DNA of 64,000 nt from Polyangiales bacterium. GTDB taxonomy: Bacteria > Myxococcota_A > Polyangia > Polyangiales > Polyangiaceae. The notes under the pieces are model-generated. The model was not told the origin of the DNA. It did no database searches and was given only the letters and a program-made list of their open reading frames with translations. Positions 9,101 through 18,388 of this stretch are shown here, piece by piece. Both the position numbers and the translations under genes were made by a program. Where the stretch lies: positions 128,001-192,000 of the forward strand of contig JBBRNJ010000004.1 of NCBI GenBank assembly GCA_038230375.1, read 5' to 3'. Every line of letters starts with the position of its first letter. Within the stretch, counting starts at the first letter, position 1.

Positions 9101-11299
9101 GCGCTGGGCGCTCTCCTCTTGTATCGCTCGTTCGGCCTTGCGCCAGCGCTGCACGTGGCGCTAGGCGCGCTGCTCGCGTTCGCCGCGGTCGCCGCCGCGC
9201 AGCACGCGCTGATGGGGCCGGTCCTGGTTCCGCTGGACTGGCCGGGCGGCCGATGGGTCCCGATCGCGCTCAGAGGGGCGCTCGTCGGCACGTCGGGCCA
9301 ATGGTTGGATCCTACACGCTTCATCGCCGTGCCCGACACGGAGAACCTGCTCTGGGCGCGCGCGCTTCTCGGCGCCTCGATCTTCGTGGTCGTCGCCGCG
9401 GCCCTTGTGCTCGCGCAATCACGTGTCAGATCCGTGGGCGACGTGATCGGCCACGTGCTGCTCGATCGCAGCGAGGACGAGCAGCAGACAATCCTGACGG
9501 CGCTCTCCGTGTGGAGCTGCATCGCTGCGCTGCTCCTGGGGCTCAACCTGGCGTTCGTGCCTGCGCTCGCGCCCGCCGTGTTGCTCTTCGTGGGCGGGCT
9601 CGTGCTGGTGCTGGCTTCGGGAAGCGACCGCTTCGGCTCGGCGTACCGAGCGATCGTGATCGTCATCGGCGCTCCCCTCGTGGTCCACGCTCTGGCACAG
9701 CAGGGCGCCACCGTGCCGGCGTGGGCTGGCCCTGCGTTCGCCATTCTCCCCGTCGGAATTGCCATTGCAGGATACGTGGCCGCGCGGCGACGCGAGCGTG
9801 GCACCTTCGCCGTGACCGACACGGAGCTCGGGATCGCCACGCTCGTGGCCATGTTCTACGCTGGTGGCTCGATCGCCTACGCGCTCGCGGCCCGCGCACC
9901 GACATTCCCGCGGATGGCCGCGCCCATGGTGATCAACTCCGCGGGCGATGCGCTGTTCGCCGCACGGAACGACGTGACCTTTGCGCCGGTCGCGATCACG
10001 CTGGCCGCGCTCGCGTTCGCCACGCTCTGCACGGCGTCGACGTGGCGCGGCGGCCTCGCAAGCATCCTTGGTGTCGTTCCGCCGATGGTCCTCTCGTTCG
10101 CGGGCGTCTCGGCGGCCGCAGCGGTCGTGTTCGCGGACCGCGCGCCGCTGCCGAGCACGAATGTCCCATCGCTCCTGGTCTATGGCGACGGTGCAATGGT
10201 CGCTGCAACGGTCTCCATCGCGGCTCTCGTCTCTCATGCACTGCGTGTTGTCGCAGCTCGCACGGACCGCGACGACCTCGGGCGTGGCCTTGCAGTCGGA
10301 CGCGATCTCGCGCTGCTTGCGGTACTGACCGTCGCATCAGCGTTCGTGCTCGGGCGCGCTGCGGATGTGGCACCCGTCGCAGGCATCCGCGTGGGGCCCA
10401 TGGGCGTCCTTGGCCTGGGCGTGGCGATCATCGTGTCTATCGATGCGGCTGTCCGGGAGAAGACCGCACGCCACGTCATGCTCGTGGAGATCCTGCTCGT
10501 CGCGCTCTACGCGTTCGCCACGCGCGAGCTCGATCTGCGGCCCGAGATCCACGCGCTCCTCGGCCTTGGATACGGCTTCTCGCTGCTCGGGGTCGCCGTC
10601 ATCGCGCGCCGTCGCAACGTCCCCGCCGTGTCGACCGCCACGCGCCGGTTCGCGATTGCGTTGCCGGTGCTCATCGTGGTGCTCACCGCAAGCGGACTGG
10701 GCGACGGTCTGGCGCTGCTCGCGCTGGGCTCGAGCGTGCTGTACGGCGTGATGGCGATGGTGGAGAAGAGCAGGCTGCTCGGCTCGCTCGCCGCGGTCGC
10801 CGCCAACGTGGCCCTCCTTTTGTTCGCGCTCGCGCAAGGCCTGGACGGCATCGAGATCTACGTGGGTCCGCTCGGCCTGCTGGTCACAGCGCTTGCGCAG
10901 CTCTTCGCGCCCAAGATGAACGCGCAGGGGCGCAGCGCAGCGCGCATCGTGGGCGGCATGCTGCTGTACCTGCCTGCGGGATTGAAGCTCACGCTGCGGC
11001 TCGGCGCCGCCATGGACGGCTCGTACTCCGTCGTGTTCGGCGCGATCTGCCTCCTGGGTGTGGTCGCGGGGCTGGTCCTGCAGGTGCGCGCGTACCTGGT
11101 GCTGGGAACGCTGTTCATCACACTCGATGTGATCTCGAACCTGGTCTACGCGGGCCTGCGCGACCACCGCGTGGGCTTCGTGCTGCTGTCGGTCTCGGGG
11201 CTCATGATCCTCGGGATCATGATCGCCGTCACGCTGCGCCGCGAGGCCGCACGCATGCTCCTGCAAAGAATCCGAGGGCGATTCCGCGCCTGGGACTGA
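6158..11299 (+). CDS. Giant polytopic membrane protein (1713 aa) with N-terminal zinc ribbon
   Basis: CLSC-x8-CAKC at the N-terminus, then dozens of hydrophobic helices; C-terminus resembles SCO7613-type membrane proteins. Confidence 0.8.
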   Translation: MGENDSLASVCLSCLELRDGDACAKCGAKTARTRVAFETWERARQKRRVRALTKQKVISRAAGQKLLSSMESTNDELPPESAPRPTPSSASSDGYPREDRAAAAITAATTFSQEISARWTALTVAIDSNTPPPSERAPDDAGGRDDAALEAGRAVFTHGASPVVGAGVDALAALDDDSPADDGGETRPLGALQVFWFLGIILVLAGSVMGVREAWRTLFGVNRQLVIGGALFVYHVLFVVLSRVLVKRSHVTGRVLSGIAAGLLPIAFVAVASAVGTNARVGIAFAVVLVLASIATLSLAGAAFSMTRARFAPYLALALIPSLILELPLAGEPTGDSMRLFAPLGALVPVLLASLRIRANMLRSLPARDDVVALAAATYGAIAVALFAVFGGPKDLALDLSFGTPAQLVTTAWLGLLAAIAWVSAAALEKTAQHARLGALLTLLSVAVLVSASCAGAVSALANDSPRDTMVLVPAGLAALAAVIVIAEQRRHFGLLHLVAPTSVVAVLLWARVFMPQEQRLLGLRGPSGLPAALVLVPAALLAFSSRTTDGRRRTWAAAWGVVSGVIILAITGGFEAASIPDASFATGVSYAAFSSTAATALVLALSAHVGGATTRPWLHVYGALTALVALSSVLVPTRVESAAESITFACAALGGLYGVLALFYPSLVKNEKDTRRPLDDVSLLFAVLGLAVAVIGSTPTGMMSLSYAEARLLLPRALPVLAIGGLLLLRAQRDASALATLLATSAAVYAVRLITNVGDIAGFALLFGCAALATSGLAVLRGRTDAPRFGRALFGVIPLPLGGSGTTLLDGPALASPILAALACGSAFQWIGAGGSRTDRGAVVFGVLAVIPSGIVAFGTRALLRFGARGHVATLAIAGAAIGLCAVSNRVGNPLPPAVVGRNLTVILVGVWLLARGIVRVGPKVGSWLGRPGHGPHYQFVPHAGVLALSLLLLVDAWLVGAPTLSRALVVTPPLLLLGGALGALLLYRSFGLAPALHVALGALLAFAAVAAAQHALMGPVLVPLDWPGGRWVPIALRGALVGTSGQWLDPTRFIAVPDTENLLWARALLGASIFVVVAAALVLAQSRVRSVGDVIGHVLLDRSEDEQQTILTALSVWSCIAALLLGLNLAFVPALAPAVLLFVGGLVLVLASGSDRFGSAYRAIVIVIGAPLVVHALAQQGATVPAWAGPAFAILPVGIAIAGYVAARRRERGTFAVTDTELGIATLVAMFYAGGSIAYALAARAPTFPRMAAPMVINSAGDALFAARNDVTFAPVAITLAALAFATLCTASTWRGGLASILGVVPPMVLSFAGVSAAAAVVFADRAPLPSTNVPSLLVYGDGAMVAATVSIAALVSHALRVVAARTDRDDLGRGLAVGRDLALLAVLTVASAFVLGRAADVAPVAGIRVGPMGVLGLGVAIIVSIDAAVREKTARHVMLVEILLVALYAFATRELDLRPEIHALLGLGYGFSLLGVAVIARRRNVPAVSTATRRFAIALPVLIVVLTASGLGDGLALLALGSSVLYGVMAMVEKSRLLGSLAAVAANVALLLFALAQGLDGIEIYVGPLGLLVTALAQLFAPKMNAQGRSAARIVGGMLLYLPAGLKLTLRLGAAMDGSYSVVFGAICLLGVVAGLVLQVRAYLVLGTLFITLDVISNLVYAGLRDHRVGFVLLSVSGLMILGIMIAVTLRREAARMLLQRIRGRFRAWD

Positions 11300-11314
11300 G
11301 GCGCGTGAGGAATG

Positions 11315-12370
11315 TCAGGGACAGCTCTTCGGGTCCACGCCGCCCAGGGTCGGGAACACCACGTTCAGGGTCACGGGGTGCGTGATCACGTAGGCGTTGG
11401 CCGGGTAGTTGGTCTTGTTCGCGGCGGGGATGGTGCCGGCGTCGGTGAGCGAGACCAGGTATCCGGCAGTGCTCGCGTCGCCAACGTCGAAGTCATCCAG
11501 GCCGGTGGAGAGGAAGTACGGACCCTTTCCGATCACGAAGCCTTCGACCGGCGCCATTGCGTCCTGCGCTTCCAGGTTCGTGCAGCCCTGTGCAATGCCG
11601 AAGCCCTTGGACGCCGCCGAGTACGTGTTCGTATCCAGGGCGAACACCGTCGTCACGCCCTGCCCGTTGCCGAATGGGATCACGGAACGCGTGACGTTCA
11701 CGACCAGATCGCGCAGCGCCGTGAGGTTCATGCGGATGCCCTTGGCGTCGCCTGCCTTCAGCGTGTACCCGCCGAGCGGCAACCTTGCCTTGATGCCGTT
11801 CGAGAAGTCCAGCCCGGCGACCCACCAGCCCGCCGCAAGCGCAGCGGTGGGGTTGTCGATGAAGAAGACGCGCGGATAGACGGTGCCGGGCGTGAACTCG
11901 AAGCGGAAAGACGCCGTCTGCGACTGGAGGTCGAACTGACCCGCGTCCGCGCCACCGTCGGCAGCGTTGGGGAGCACCACGGTCGCCAGCGCGGGCTCCT
12001 CGCCGCCGTCCGGAAAATCCGGAACCGCATGGACGAAGACCTGCGCGATCATCGCGCCAAGACCATCGAAGCGTGGGTCGTTCGCGAGGAAGGCGATCGT
12101 CTCGTGGTCCACGACGATGCACAGCGCGGCCTTCTTCGGATCGTTCGAGGGCATGCACGGCACGCCGCCGGCGTCCTGCCCCGAGTCGGCGCCACCGCCG
12201 CCGCTGTCCATACCGCCGTTGCTTCCGTCGGTGGTGTTGCCACCGCTATCGGTGCCAGCTCCAGCGTCGTCGCCGGGAATGGTCACGTTGGAGTCGGAGC
12301 CACAGGCGTAGACGAACATGCCGAGCGCGGACGCGCACGCAACGAAACCGAAGCGCCAAGCAGTGTTCAT
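11315..12370 (-). CDS. Hypothetical lipoprotein
   Basis: Signal plus YACG lipobox, DAG/DGG linker, GGAGG RBS. Confidence 0.8.
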   Translation of the reverse strand: MNTAWRFGFVACASALGMFVYACGSDSNVTIPGDDAGAGTDSGGNTTDGSNGGMDSGGGGADSGQDAGGVPCMPSNDPKKAALCIVVDHETIAFLANDPRFDGLGAMIAQVFVHAVPDFPDGGEEPALATVVLPNAADGGADAGQFDLQSQTASFRFEFTPGTVYPRVFFIDNPTAALAAGWWVAGLDFSNGIKARLPLGGYTLKAGDAKGIRMNLTALRDLVVNVTRSVIPFGNGQGVTTVFALDTNTYSAASKGFGIAQGCTNLEAQDAMAPVEGFVIGKGPYFLSTGLDDFDVGDASTAGYLVSLTDAGTIPAANKTNYPANAYVITHPVTLNVVFPTLGGVDPKSCP

Positions 12371-12432
12371 GAGAGGCCTCCCAGTTTTCAGCGTAACAGG
12401 GCGCGCGTCAGATGCCGTGGTATTCTGGTTGG

Positions 12433-13506
12433 ATGCGCCGGCGACTCACGTTAGCGGGGCTCCTGGGGCTGTTCTACGCGCTCACGTGGACAGCGTGCGG
12501 TTCATTCGAGGGCACGGATCAGGGCCTTCCCGGCACGGACGCCGACACGGACGCTGCTGCGAGCGACGCAGGAAATACGTCGAACGACGCGCAGGCCGGG
12601 AAGGATGGAAGCGCGAAGGACGCCGGCACTGTCTCCACTCCAACGACGCTCGCCAAAGGGTTCTCCGACCTCGCCGGCGTCGTCGCCACGGACAGCACCG
12701 TCTACTTCGTCGAGCGCAATGCGGGTAAAGTACATGCAGTTCCGATCGATGGCGACGGCGGCGCGACCGACTTCGCGGTGGCCCAGGGCACTCCGTCGAG
12801 CATCGTCGTCACCGCGACCGAGGTGTTCTGGGGCGACCAGCTCAAGTCGACCATCACTCACCAGCTCATGACCGACACCAAAGCCTCGATCGGGGCAACC
12901 AACCCCACGAAGGGTCCGATCTCGATGGGGTTGGCGCCGGGTCGGCTCGTCGTCGTGGCCATGGGTCCGAGCAACGTCGGAGAGCTCCAGCAATGGGGGC
13001 TCGACATCACCGCCGGCACGAACATCGGAAGTCGCCCCGGCCCTTTCGACGTCGCGGTCGACGCATCCAGCGGCGCCTTCTACTGGACCGAGCCCATGGG
13101 CGGGAACGTGTTTCAAGGGCAGGCCACCACGGCGAACATGTCGACGTTCGCGATGAACGAGGACGACTGCGCGTCGATAGCGAGCGACTCGTTCGGTGTC
13201 TACTGGGCCAGACCTTCCGGCGGGCTCATTCGCGGGAAGCTGAACGGAGCCGCCGCGCCAGTCACGATCGCCGACAAGCAGAACAATCCCATCGGCCTGG
13301 CCGCGGATACCTCTGGCGTCTACTGGATGACCCTCGACGGCACGGTGAAGTACTCGGACCGGACGCAGGCGCCGCCAACGACCCTTGGCTCGGGGTTCAA
13401 CGCGTTGTTCAACGATCTGCACATCCAGACCGTGGCGCTCACCAGCACCTACGTGGTGTGGATCACCAACGACGGCAAGGTACTTCGCGCGAACAAGAAG
13501 CTGTGA
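12433..13506 (+). CDS. Lipoprotein with beta-propeller-like repeats
   Basis: TACG lipobox; repeated 'IAxD..GVYW' blades. Confidence 0.75.
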   Translation: MRRRLTLAGLLGLFYALTWTACGSFEGTDQGLPGTDADTDAAASDAGNTSNDAQAGKDGSAKDAGTVSTPTTLAKGFSDLAGVVATDSTVYFVERNAGKVHAVPIDGDGGATDFAVAQGTPSSIVVTATEVFWGDQLKSTITHQLMTDTKASIGATNPTKGPISMGLAPGRLVVVAMGPSNVGELQQWGLDITAGTNIGSRPGPFDVAVDASSGAFYWTEPMGGNVFQGQATTANMSTFAMNEDDCASIASDSFGVYWARPSGGLIRGKLNGAAAPVTIADKQNNPIGLAADTSGVYWMTLDGTVKYSDRTQAPPTTLGSGFNALFNDLHIQTVALTSTYVVWITNDGKVLRANKKL

Positions 13507-13513
13507 GCGCGAA

Positions 13514-13942
13514 TCAAGGGAGGTCCCGCTTTGCATCGAAGCGCGGGTTGTCCATTGCCAGCTTCTCCGTGAGCGTCTGCTTCACATGCGCGAACACCGG
13601 GCCGCCCGGCGCAGCGTCCATCGCTCCGGACGCGATGCCCTTGGCCAGCTTCTCGTTGCCCAGCGCGATCGCGCGCGCTTCCTTCTTCCGCGTGGGTAGC
13701 GTGGCCGCAGCGGGCGCGGTCATCTCTCCGTCAAGCTCGGTGAAGAGCGCCGTCAGGCGCGCGAGCTCTGCGCGGTTCTGGTCGTCCTCTCCCGCGCATT
13801 CCTGCGCAACGATACCTGCCAGGTTCGCCGCGATGAGCAGGCGGAACGAGAGGCGAGAGTCCGTGACCACGGGTCGCACCTCCGTGATGAGGAACTTGGC
13901 GAGCGCCAGGAGCAGCGTCTCCTTGGTGGGTGCATCTTGCAT
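13514..13942 (-). CDS. DUF6285-like small accessory protein (LvaB-like)
   Basis: MQDAPTKETLL...F...V.P...FRLLIAAN...EKLAMDNPRF; directly downstream of an APH-family kinase. Confidence 0.75.
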   Translation of the reverse strand: MQDAPTKETLLLALAKFLITEVRPVVTDSRLSFRLLIAANLAGIVAQECAGEDDQNRAELARLTALFTELDGEMTAPAAATLPTRKKEARAIALGNEKLAKGIASGAMDAAPGGPVFAHVKQTLTEKLAMDNPRFDAKRDLP

Positions 13943-14959
13943 TCAAATCTTCCCCTTCTCGATGAGGCGCAGCGCCTCCAGCTCCATCTCCGCCGCGCGC
14001 CGGCCGATGGCGACCAGCTCGAACTCGTCCTCGCCGCCGTACACGTATCGCTCGCTCTGGTAGACGCTGCCGATGGCCCAGTTCAGGTTGCCGACGATCT
14101 CCCAGTAGTAGAGGAGCGTGGGGTCGAGCGTGACGCCGCTCTCCTTCTCGTACGCGCCGTAGAAGGGCGCGCGCGCGCCGAAGCCACCCACCGGCAGATC
14201 GAGCTGCCCGAAGCGCCAGTCGCGCATGCAGACCCACGCGAGATCCATGTAGCGCGAGCCCCAGTGCGAGAACTCCCAGTCGAGGATCGCGACCAGGCCG
14301 TCGGGCCCCACCATGAAGTTCCCGGTGCGGAAGTCCCCATGGACCAGCACCACGTCCTCCCCGGTGGGCGCATGCTCCGTGAGCCACCGGTGGATCAGCT
14401 CCAGGGCCGGGCGCGGGCCGTGGATGGCGTCGATGGACGCGCGCATGTGCCGGAGCGTGTGCTGCGCGGGCTCGAAGCCGGGCTCCAGGGCGCGGGCGCT
14501 GCCGTTCACGTCGGGCTCGCGCATGGGCCGCACACTGTGGATCTTCGCGAGCTCACGACCGAGCTCTCCCGGCAGCTTCGCGCGCGCCCCGGCGAGCTCC
14601 TTCGCAGAGGTGACCTTGCGTCCGATCGCTTCCCCAGTGACCCAGTCCATGAGGTACGCGTACCCGCCATCACGCACGACGCCGCGCCCGAGCCAGCGAG
14701 CCTTTGGCGTGCGTACACCTGCGGCCGCAGCGCGCTCGAGCACACCGAACTCCTCTTTTCGATCGATGCTGCCCGGGAGCTTGGTGGGCGCGTCGCTTCG
14801 AAGCACGAAGGTCGTCGCGGTGCCGTCGAGGGTCACGTCGACCTTGAAATTCTCCTGACACGCGCCGCCGGTGAGGAGCTTCACCTGGTTCACGATCACG
14901 TCGGCGCCAGATGCGCTCTTGATGTGCGCGGCGACGCGCTCTTCGATGGTGGCTGTCAC
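13943..14959 (-). CDS. APH-family phosphotransferase (ACAD10/11 kinase-like, LvaA-like)
   Basis: GGACQE loop, LVHGDFRTGNF, ILDWEF, DLAWVCMRDWRFG; GTG start overlaps the upstream stop (GTGA). Confidence 0.88.
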   Translation of the reverse strand: MTATIEERVAAHIKSASGADVIVNQVKLLTGGACQENFKVDVTLDGTATTFVLRSDAPTKLPGSIDRKEEFGVLERAAAAGVRTPKARWLGRGVVRDGGYAYLMDWVTGEAIGRKVTSAKELAGARAKLPGELGRELAKIHSVRPMREPDVNGSARALEPGFEPAQHTLRHMRASIDAIHGPRPALELIHRWLTEHAPTGEDVVLVHGDFRTGNFMVGPDGLVAILDWEFSHWGSRYMDLAWVCMRDWRFGQLDLPVGGFGARAPFYGAYEKESGVTLDPTLLYYWEIVGNLNWAIGSVYQSERYVYGGEDEFELVAIGRRAAEMELEALRLIEKGKI

Positions 14960-15486
14960 GACCTCTTGGATCTCCGCGGCACGAGAGCGTAGAGGAGCAG
15001 CGGCGCGAACACCACGGTCTCCGTCAACAGGACATGGCGCCCCTCCTCTGCGAAGAGGCGCGGACCGATGGGCGCGACCGGCAGCGGCCGCCAAGGAAAG
15101 AAGAAGCGGCGCGTGTCGAACGGCCAGCCGAACTCCACGCCGTGACCACCATCCGTGAAGGCGTCGAGCACGCCGTGCGATACCGTCACCAGGAACGCGC
15201 ACAGGAACACCCAGAAGAGGCGGCGCCCGCGGAATCCAGTGGCAGCGAAGATCCCCCCGAACGCAGCGGCGACGATCAGCGCGAACACGGGCGAGTGGGT
15301 GGCGCCGCGATGTCCCCACGGCGCGCCGTAGGGAATGCCAAGGACGAAGGAGATGGCGTCCAGATCCGGGAGCAGCGACAGGGCCGTGAGGCGGATCATC
15401 CAGGCAGCGATCATGCGTGCGCTCTCCGTCCGGGCGTAGGCGCGCCCAGCTGCCATGCCTACGAAGATGTGCCCGATGCTGGCCAT
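14956..15486 (-). CDS. YdjM-like membrane-bound metal-dependent hydrolase
   Basis: GH, LPDLD, GHRGATHS, SHGVLDAFT motifs. Confidence 0.88.
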   Translation of the reverse strand: MASIGHIFVGMAAGRAYARTESARMIAAWMIRLTALSLLPDLDAISFVLGIPYGAPWGHRGATHSPVFALIVAAAFGGIFAATGFRGRRLFWVFLCAFLVTVSHGVLDAFTDGGHGVEFGWPFDTRRFFFPWRPLPVAPIGPRLFAEEGRHVLLTETVVFAPLLLYALVPRRSKRS

Positions 15487-15555
15487 GACACCTGCTTGAC
15501 GATCCCCGATGGAGGGACTTGCGTGAACGGCTGATAGTAGAGCACTATTCCGCGC

Positions 15556-16056
15556 ATGCCTGAGCGACGCGACTCCAAGGGGCCGAAGGATCTCCGCGAA
15601 GAGGCATCGCCAGCGGCCCGGAAGGACCCACGCCGCGACTCTTACCAGATGACCATGCCCGCCATCGTTGCCGAGCTCACCCGCGAGCTCGGCAAGCTGA
15701 AGAAGCGCATCACGGAGCTAGAGAAGGAGCTCGAGCGCGAGAAGACGGCACGCGCCAAGGCCGAGGATGCCGTGCGCCGAGCCGCACCCGAGAAGGGCTC
15801 CGAGAAGGGCTCCTACCGGGGCTTCGACAAGGGTGACGAGTTGGCGACCCGCATGACGCGTGAGCTGCGCGCGCCGCGCAAGAGCACCGTCCCGCTGTCC
15901 CCGATGAAGAGCACGCCACCGCGCGGAAGCGTGAGCCCACGCGCGTCGACCCAGCCGCCTCCGCGATCCGAGCGCACGGACCGCTCCGAGCACGCCACCA
16001 AGCGCATCGCCGCGGTGACGCGCAGCCCGTCGCAGCCACCCGACCGCAAGCGATGA
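15556..16056 (+). CDS. Hypothetical coiled-coil/low-complexity protein
   Basis: Heptad stretch ELGKLKKRITELEKELERE; stop overlaps the next ATG (ATGA). Confidence 0.65.
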   Translation: MPERRDSKGPKDLREEASPAARKDPRRDSYQMTMPAIVAELTRELGKLKKRITELEKELEREKTARAKAEDAVRRAAPEKGSEKGSYRGFDKGDELATRMTRELRAPRKSTVPLSPMKSTPPRGSVSPRASTQPPPRSERTDRSEHATKRIAAVTRSPSQPPDRKR

Positions 16057-17312
16057 GCGACGAGAGCGCTTTTCACGCGTTTCGACCGGTTCCGAAGACC
16101 GGAGTCATCTTCGTCACGTCGGAGGCGACGAAGCTCGGGTTCTCTTCCTCCGCACCGGACTGGTGCAACCTGGGCCAGGGCCAGCCGGAGACCGGCGAGC
16201 TGCCTGGCGCGCCGCCGCGCGTGAAGGAGATCCCGATCCACGTCGACGATCAGGAGTACGCGCCCGTCGCCGGCCTCTGGGAGCTGCGCGAGTCAATTGC
16301 TGCACTCTACAACCATCTCTATCGCAAGGGCATGCCGTCCCAGTACAGCGCGGAGAACGTGTGCATCTCCGGCGGCGGACGCGCGGCGCTCACGCGAGCT
16401 GCGGCCAGCCTGGGCCAGATCAACCTGGGGCACTTCCTTCCGGACTACACCGCGTACGAAGAGCTGCTGGACATCTTCAAGGCGTTCACCGCATTCCCGA
16501 TTTTGCTCGACGGCGACCGCGGGTACTCCTTCACCGCGGACGACCTCCGCCGCGAGGTCATGGGGCGCGGCCTCTCGGCGCTGCTGCTCTCCAATCCTGG
16601 CAACCCCACGGGCAAGCTCGTGGACGGTGAGGAGCTGTCGCGATGGGTGAGCATCGCGCGCGAGCTCGACTGCGCGCTCTTGCTCGACGAGTTCTACTCG
16701 CACTACATCTATCGTGGGCGGCCCGGGCAGCTCCCGGTGGAGAGCGCGGCGCGCTACGTGGAGGACGTCGATCGCGATCCGGTCATCGTGTTCGACGGCT
16801 TCACCAAGAACTGGCGCTACCCTGGCTGGCGCATCACGTGGGCGCTGGGCCCGAAGACGGTCATGGAGCGCTTCGCGAGCGCCGGCTCCTTCCTGGACGG
16901 CGGTGGCTCGAAGCCGCTGCAGCGCGCGGCGATCCCCATGCTCACGCCCGAGCACGTCATCGCGGAAACGAACGCGATCCAGAAGGTCTTCCGCGAGAAG
17001 CGTGACCGCATGATGTCGCGCCTGGAGCGCCTTGGCGTGCGCTTCGATCGCGTGCCCGACGGAACGTTCTATTGCTGGGGCAACGTGCAGAGCCTGCCTC
17101 CGCCCTGGAACGACGGCATGGGCTTCTTCCGCGCGGCCCTGCCGGCGAAGGTCATCACCGTGCCTGGTGAGTTCTTCGACATCAATCCAGGCAAGCGCCG
17201 GAGCGGGCGCGCGTCGCGCTTCAAGCACTACGTCCGCTTCTCGTTCGGACCGAGCATGGACGTGGTCGAGCGCGCGCTCGATCGCCTGGACGGTCTCATC
17301 GCGAAGGCTTGA
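16053..17312 (+). CDS. PLP-dependent aminotransferase class I/II
   Basis: NLGQGQPE, SNPGNPTG, LDEFY, FTKNWRYPGWRI, VRFSFG. Confidence 0.92.
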   Translation: MSDESAFHAFRPVPKTGVIFVTSEATKLGFSSSAPDWCNLGQGQPETGELPGAPPRVKEIPIHVDDQEYAPVAGLWELRESIAALYNHLYRKGMPSQYSAENVCISGGGRAALTRAAASLGQINLGHFLPDYTAYEELLDIFKAFTAFPILLDGDRGYSFTADDLRREVMGRGLSALLLSNPGNPTGKLVDGEELSRWVSIARELDCALLLDEFYSHYIYRGRPGQLPVESAARYVEDVDRDPVIVFDGFTKNWRYPGWRITWALGPKTVMERFASAGSFLDGGGSKPLQRAAIPMLTPEHVIAETNAIQKVFREKRDRMMSRLERLGVRFDRVPDGTFYCWGNVQSLPPPWNDGMGFFRAALPAKVITVPGEFFDINPGKRRSGRASRFKHYVRFSFGPSMDVVERALDRLDGLIAKA

Positions 17313-17322
17313 GAGCCGCGGC

Positions 17323-17541
17323 TCATGCCGCCGTCGAATCGTTGCGCAGGGGTGCGACACCCTCGCACCGAAAGCACGTCGAGGCCTTCTGGTGGTGGTT
17401 GTATTGCTGGGGGTTGGAGCAGCGATCACAGGGGAAGAGCACGACCACGCGCTCGCCGAATTCGTCCATCACCCGCTGAATCCGCGGCGTTTTCGGTGGG
17501 TGCGGCAACGTGTGAGGGGCCGGTGTGTTCAGTGTGTTCAT
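17323..17541 (-). CDS. Small putative zinc-ribbon protein (72 aa)
   Basis: CDRC-x14-CFRC; GGGGG RBS-like run before ATG 17541; fills an intergenic gap. Confidence 0.5.
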   Translation of the reverse strand: MNTLNTPAPHTLPHPPKTPRIQRVMDEFGERVVVLFPCDRCSNPQQYNHHQKASTCFRCEGVAPLRNDSTAA

Positions 17542-17615
17542 GCGCCCCCATCGGCCGCTCCCCGCAAGGGTTGCTACCATTTGCGAAAGTTCGCATGCAT
17601 GAGATGCTTTCTACG

Positions 17616-18314
17616 ATGAGTCCTTCTTTTCGCGCCTGGGGCGTTCTCGGGTCTGCGTTCGTCCTCAGCGCGATCTGGTTCGGCTGCGGCGCGGACGGCT
17701 CGAGCACGGCGACCGGCGACGACATCGAAGCCGGCGGTGGTGGCGGTGGCGGCGGCGACCTGCCTCCCGACGAAGACGCCGGCATTGTCTACCTGGACGC
17801 GGGCCTCGGCGGCGGCGGCGGCGACACGGACGGCGGGCGCGGGGGCGTTGGCACGGATGGCGGCGGCGGGAGCGGCCTGATGTGCAAGGACACGAACGAC
17901 GTCGGCAACACGAACGCCCTGGCCAAGGTGCTCCCCGGCATCACCGACAACGACTCGGACGCCGCGAGCGTGAGCAGCATCATCGACGGCGCGCTCGACA
18001 TCGACATGTTCTCGCTGGCCGGCGCGGACACGTCGTTCCACGTGATCAACGCGACCATCGCCACGCCCACGGCGGAGGTCGAGGTCTGCATGTTCGCCAA
18101 GTGTCAGAAGGGCGTGATGAACTTCATGGGCTGCTCGGGCGGCATTCAGACCAAGAACGACATCGCCATGGATGGCTGCTGCCTGACGGCACCGGGCACG
18201 GCCGTGCTCAATCACAACTGCACCGGCACCACCGACGACTCGCTCAACACGTTCATTCGCGTGAAGGGCCTGAAGAACGTCTGCATCCCGTACTCGGTCA
18301 ACTACCATTTCTGA
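17616..18314 (+). CDS. Cys-rich lipoprotein
   Basis: FGCG lipobox, Gly-rich linker, Cys-rich C-terminal domain ending YSVNYHF. Confidence 0.8.
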   Translation: MSPSFRAWGVLGSAFVLSAIWFGCGADGSSTATGDDIEAGGGGGGGGDLPPDEDAGIVYLDAGLGGGGGDTDGGRGGVGTDGGGGSGLMCKDTNDVGNTNALAKVLPGITDNDSDAASVSSIIDGALDIDMFSLAGADTSFHVINATIATPTAEVEVCMFAKCQKGVMNFMGCSGGIQTKNDIAMDGCCLTAPGTAVLNHNCTGTTDDSLNTFIRVKGLKNVCIPYSVNYHF

Positions 18315-18388
18315 TTCGATGCGGCGTGTCTCGCTCTTGCTTGGATCGACAGCCACGTGTCAGTAGTGGTCGTGAGCACGCGTGTGGT

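Noticed and set aside
8941..11385. 814-aa alternative-frame ORF (and similar long ORFs such as 27218-29530, 29795-31402, 22671-24221)
   Set aside because: Arg/Ala/Gly-rich shadow frames overlapping well-supported genes, as expected from stop-codon scarcity at high GC
12401..12418. Possible sigma54 motif upstream of 12370 (CGGCATCTGACGCGCG)
   Set aside because: The -12 element lacks TGC; too weak
17563..17579. Sigma54-like TGGTAGCAACCCTTGCG on the minus strand
   Set aside because: GG-to-GC spacing is 11 nt rather than the strict 10
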